DNA of 64,000 nucleotides from the NCBI GenBank assembly GCA_965205065.1, contig CBDBFT010000001.1:2156836-2220835 (forward strand), written 5' to 3'. The notes beneath the pieces were generated by a model. It was given only the letters and a program-made list of their open reading frames with translations, had not been told where the DNA came from and ran no database searches. Below, one piece after another: positions 63,599-64,000 of the stretch. The translations under genes were made by a program, and so were the position numbers. The stretch comes from Candidatus Poribacteria bacterium (GTDB taxonomy: Bacteria; Poribacteria; WGA-4E; WGA-3G). Within the stretch, counting starts at the first letter, position 1. Every line of letters begins with the position of its first letter.

Positions 63599-64000
63599 TT
63601 ATCTATCGCCCGGTTGTCTGTTGGTTAGGCGGATATCGTTTAGGATGTCATCCCAATCCCACAGAAGCACAGTGCCATCTTCAGACCCGCTTGCAAGCGT
63701 TTTACCATCGGGTGAGAAGGTTAAAGCATTTATCGGCTCTGTATGACCGTAAAGTGTTAGCAGCCTAACGCCAGTTGTCATATCATATAACTGAATCTGT
63801 GCTTCACAGAACCAATCATGCAAGAGATGATGTGCCTCAAGAAAGATGGTGTTATCAGGGGATATTGCATAAACCCTTATGTTCAAGGATGAGTCACTTC
63901 CATCTATATCACCAATTGGAAGTGGTTCAGTTGGTACACTGACGTCCCATAATAAAACTTCAGAACGACTACCACAGGCGAGTATATTGCCATCTGCAGA
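63599..64000 (-). CDS. WD40-repeat protein fragment, partial at the window edge. An adjacent HEAT-like ORF is at 63208..63417.
   Basis: LASGSEDGTVLLWDW and HTEPINALTFSPDG WD motifs. The reading frame stays open upstream to the window end. Confidence 0.4.
   Translation of the reverse strand, partial: SADGNILACGSRSEVLLWDVSVPTEPLPIGDIDGSDSSLNIRVYAISPDNTIFLEAHHLLHDWFCEAQIQLYDMTTGVRLLTLYGHTEPINALTFSPDGKTLASGSEDGTVLLWDWDDILNDIRLTNRQPGDR

Overview
Accessory, defence-rich window from a moderately low-GC bacterium. T9SS C-terminal sorting domains, sulfatase, multihaem/TPR and WD40/HEAT proteins suggest an FCB/PVC-like or candidate-phylum genome, but the organism is not identified. No cyanobacterial HIP1 motif was seen.

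Positions 21-9440 are a left-truncated CRISPR array of about 141 identical 30-bp repeats (CTTTTAATCGCACCAGTTTGGAATAGAAAC, ends in GAAAC, so + strand transcription; spacers 35-41 bp). Downstream on the same strand is a compact type III-A-like effector operon: a Dam-family (D12 class) N6-adenine methyltransferase gene 40 bp upstream of cas10 (HD + GGDD), csm2, csm3, csm4 and csm5. No cas6, cas1, cas2, csm6/csx1 or other CARF/SAVED effector is visible in the 64 kb.

Four features of the module stand out:
- Csm2 (Cas11) carries an N-terminal cold-shock domain.
- The cas10/csm2 and csm4/csm5 junctions are filled with operon-specific tandem hairpin repeats (GGGAACTCCGATTCCC).
- A second, leaderless five-repeat mini-array starts 4 nt after the csm5 stop and carries a tRNA-Arg(UCU)-like gene as one of its 'spacers'.
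- The whole module (9472-18400) is bracketed by ~60-bp inverted repeats.

A second defence locus at 61.4-62.9 kb resembles type II Thoeris: a ThsB-like DUF1863 TIR protein plus a 2TM-macro ThsA-like protein, with overlapping genes.

The rest is housekeeping (trpA, secDF, apt, dtd, rpe-like, glycerate kinase, two Zn-dependent dehydrogenases, SDR, FAH, MoxR, GHMP kinase, sigma54 activator) mixed with other accessory content. This includes two tandem roughly 900-aa T9SS-CTD secreted paralogs, a multihaem cytochrome c-TPR membrane protein, a sulfatase, an orphan beta-class methyltransferase next to an Rpn-family nuclease, a Uma2 endonuclease, IS4-family and IS630-family insertion sequences, two MITE-like families with perfect 11-bp terminal inverted repeats, and a dispersed GGAAGG minisatellite at five loci.

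Many six-frame ORFs are translations of CRISPR repeats or minisatellites and are treated as artefacts.
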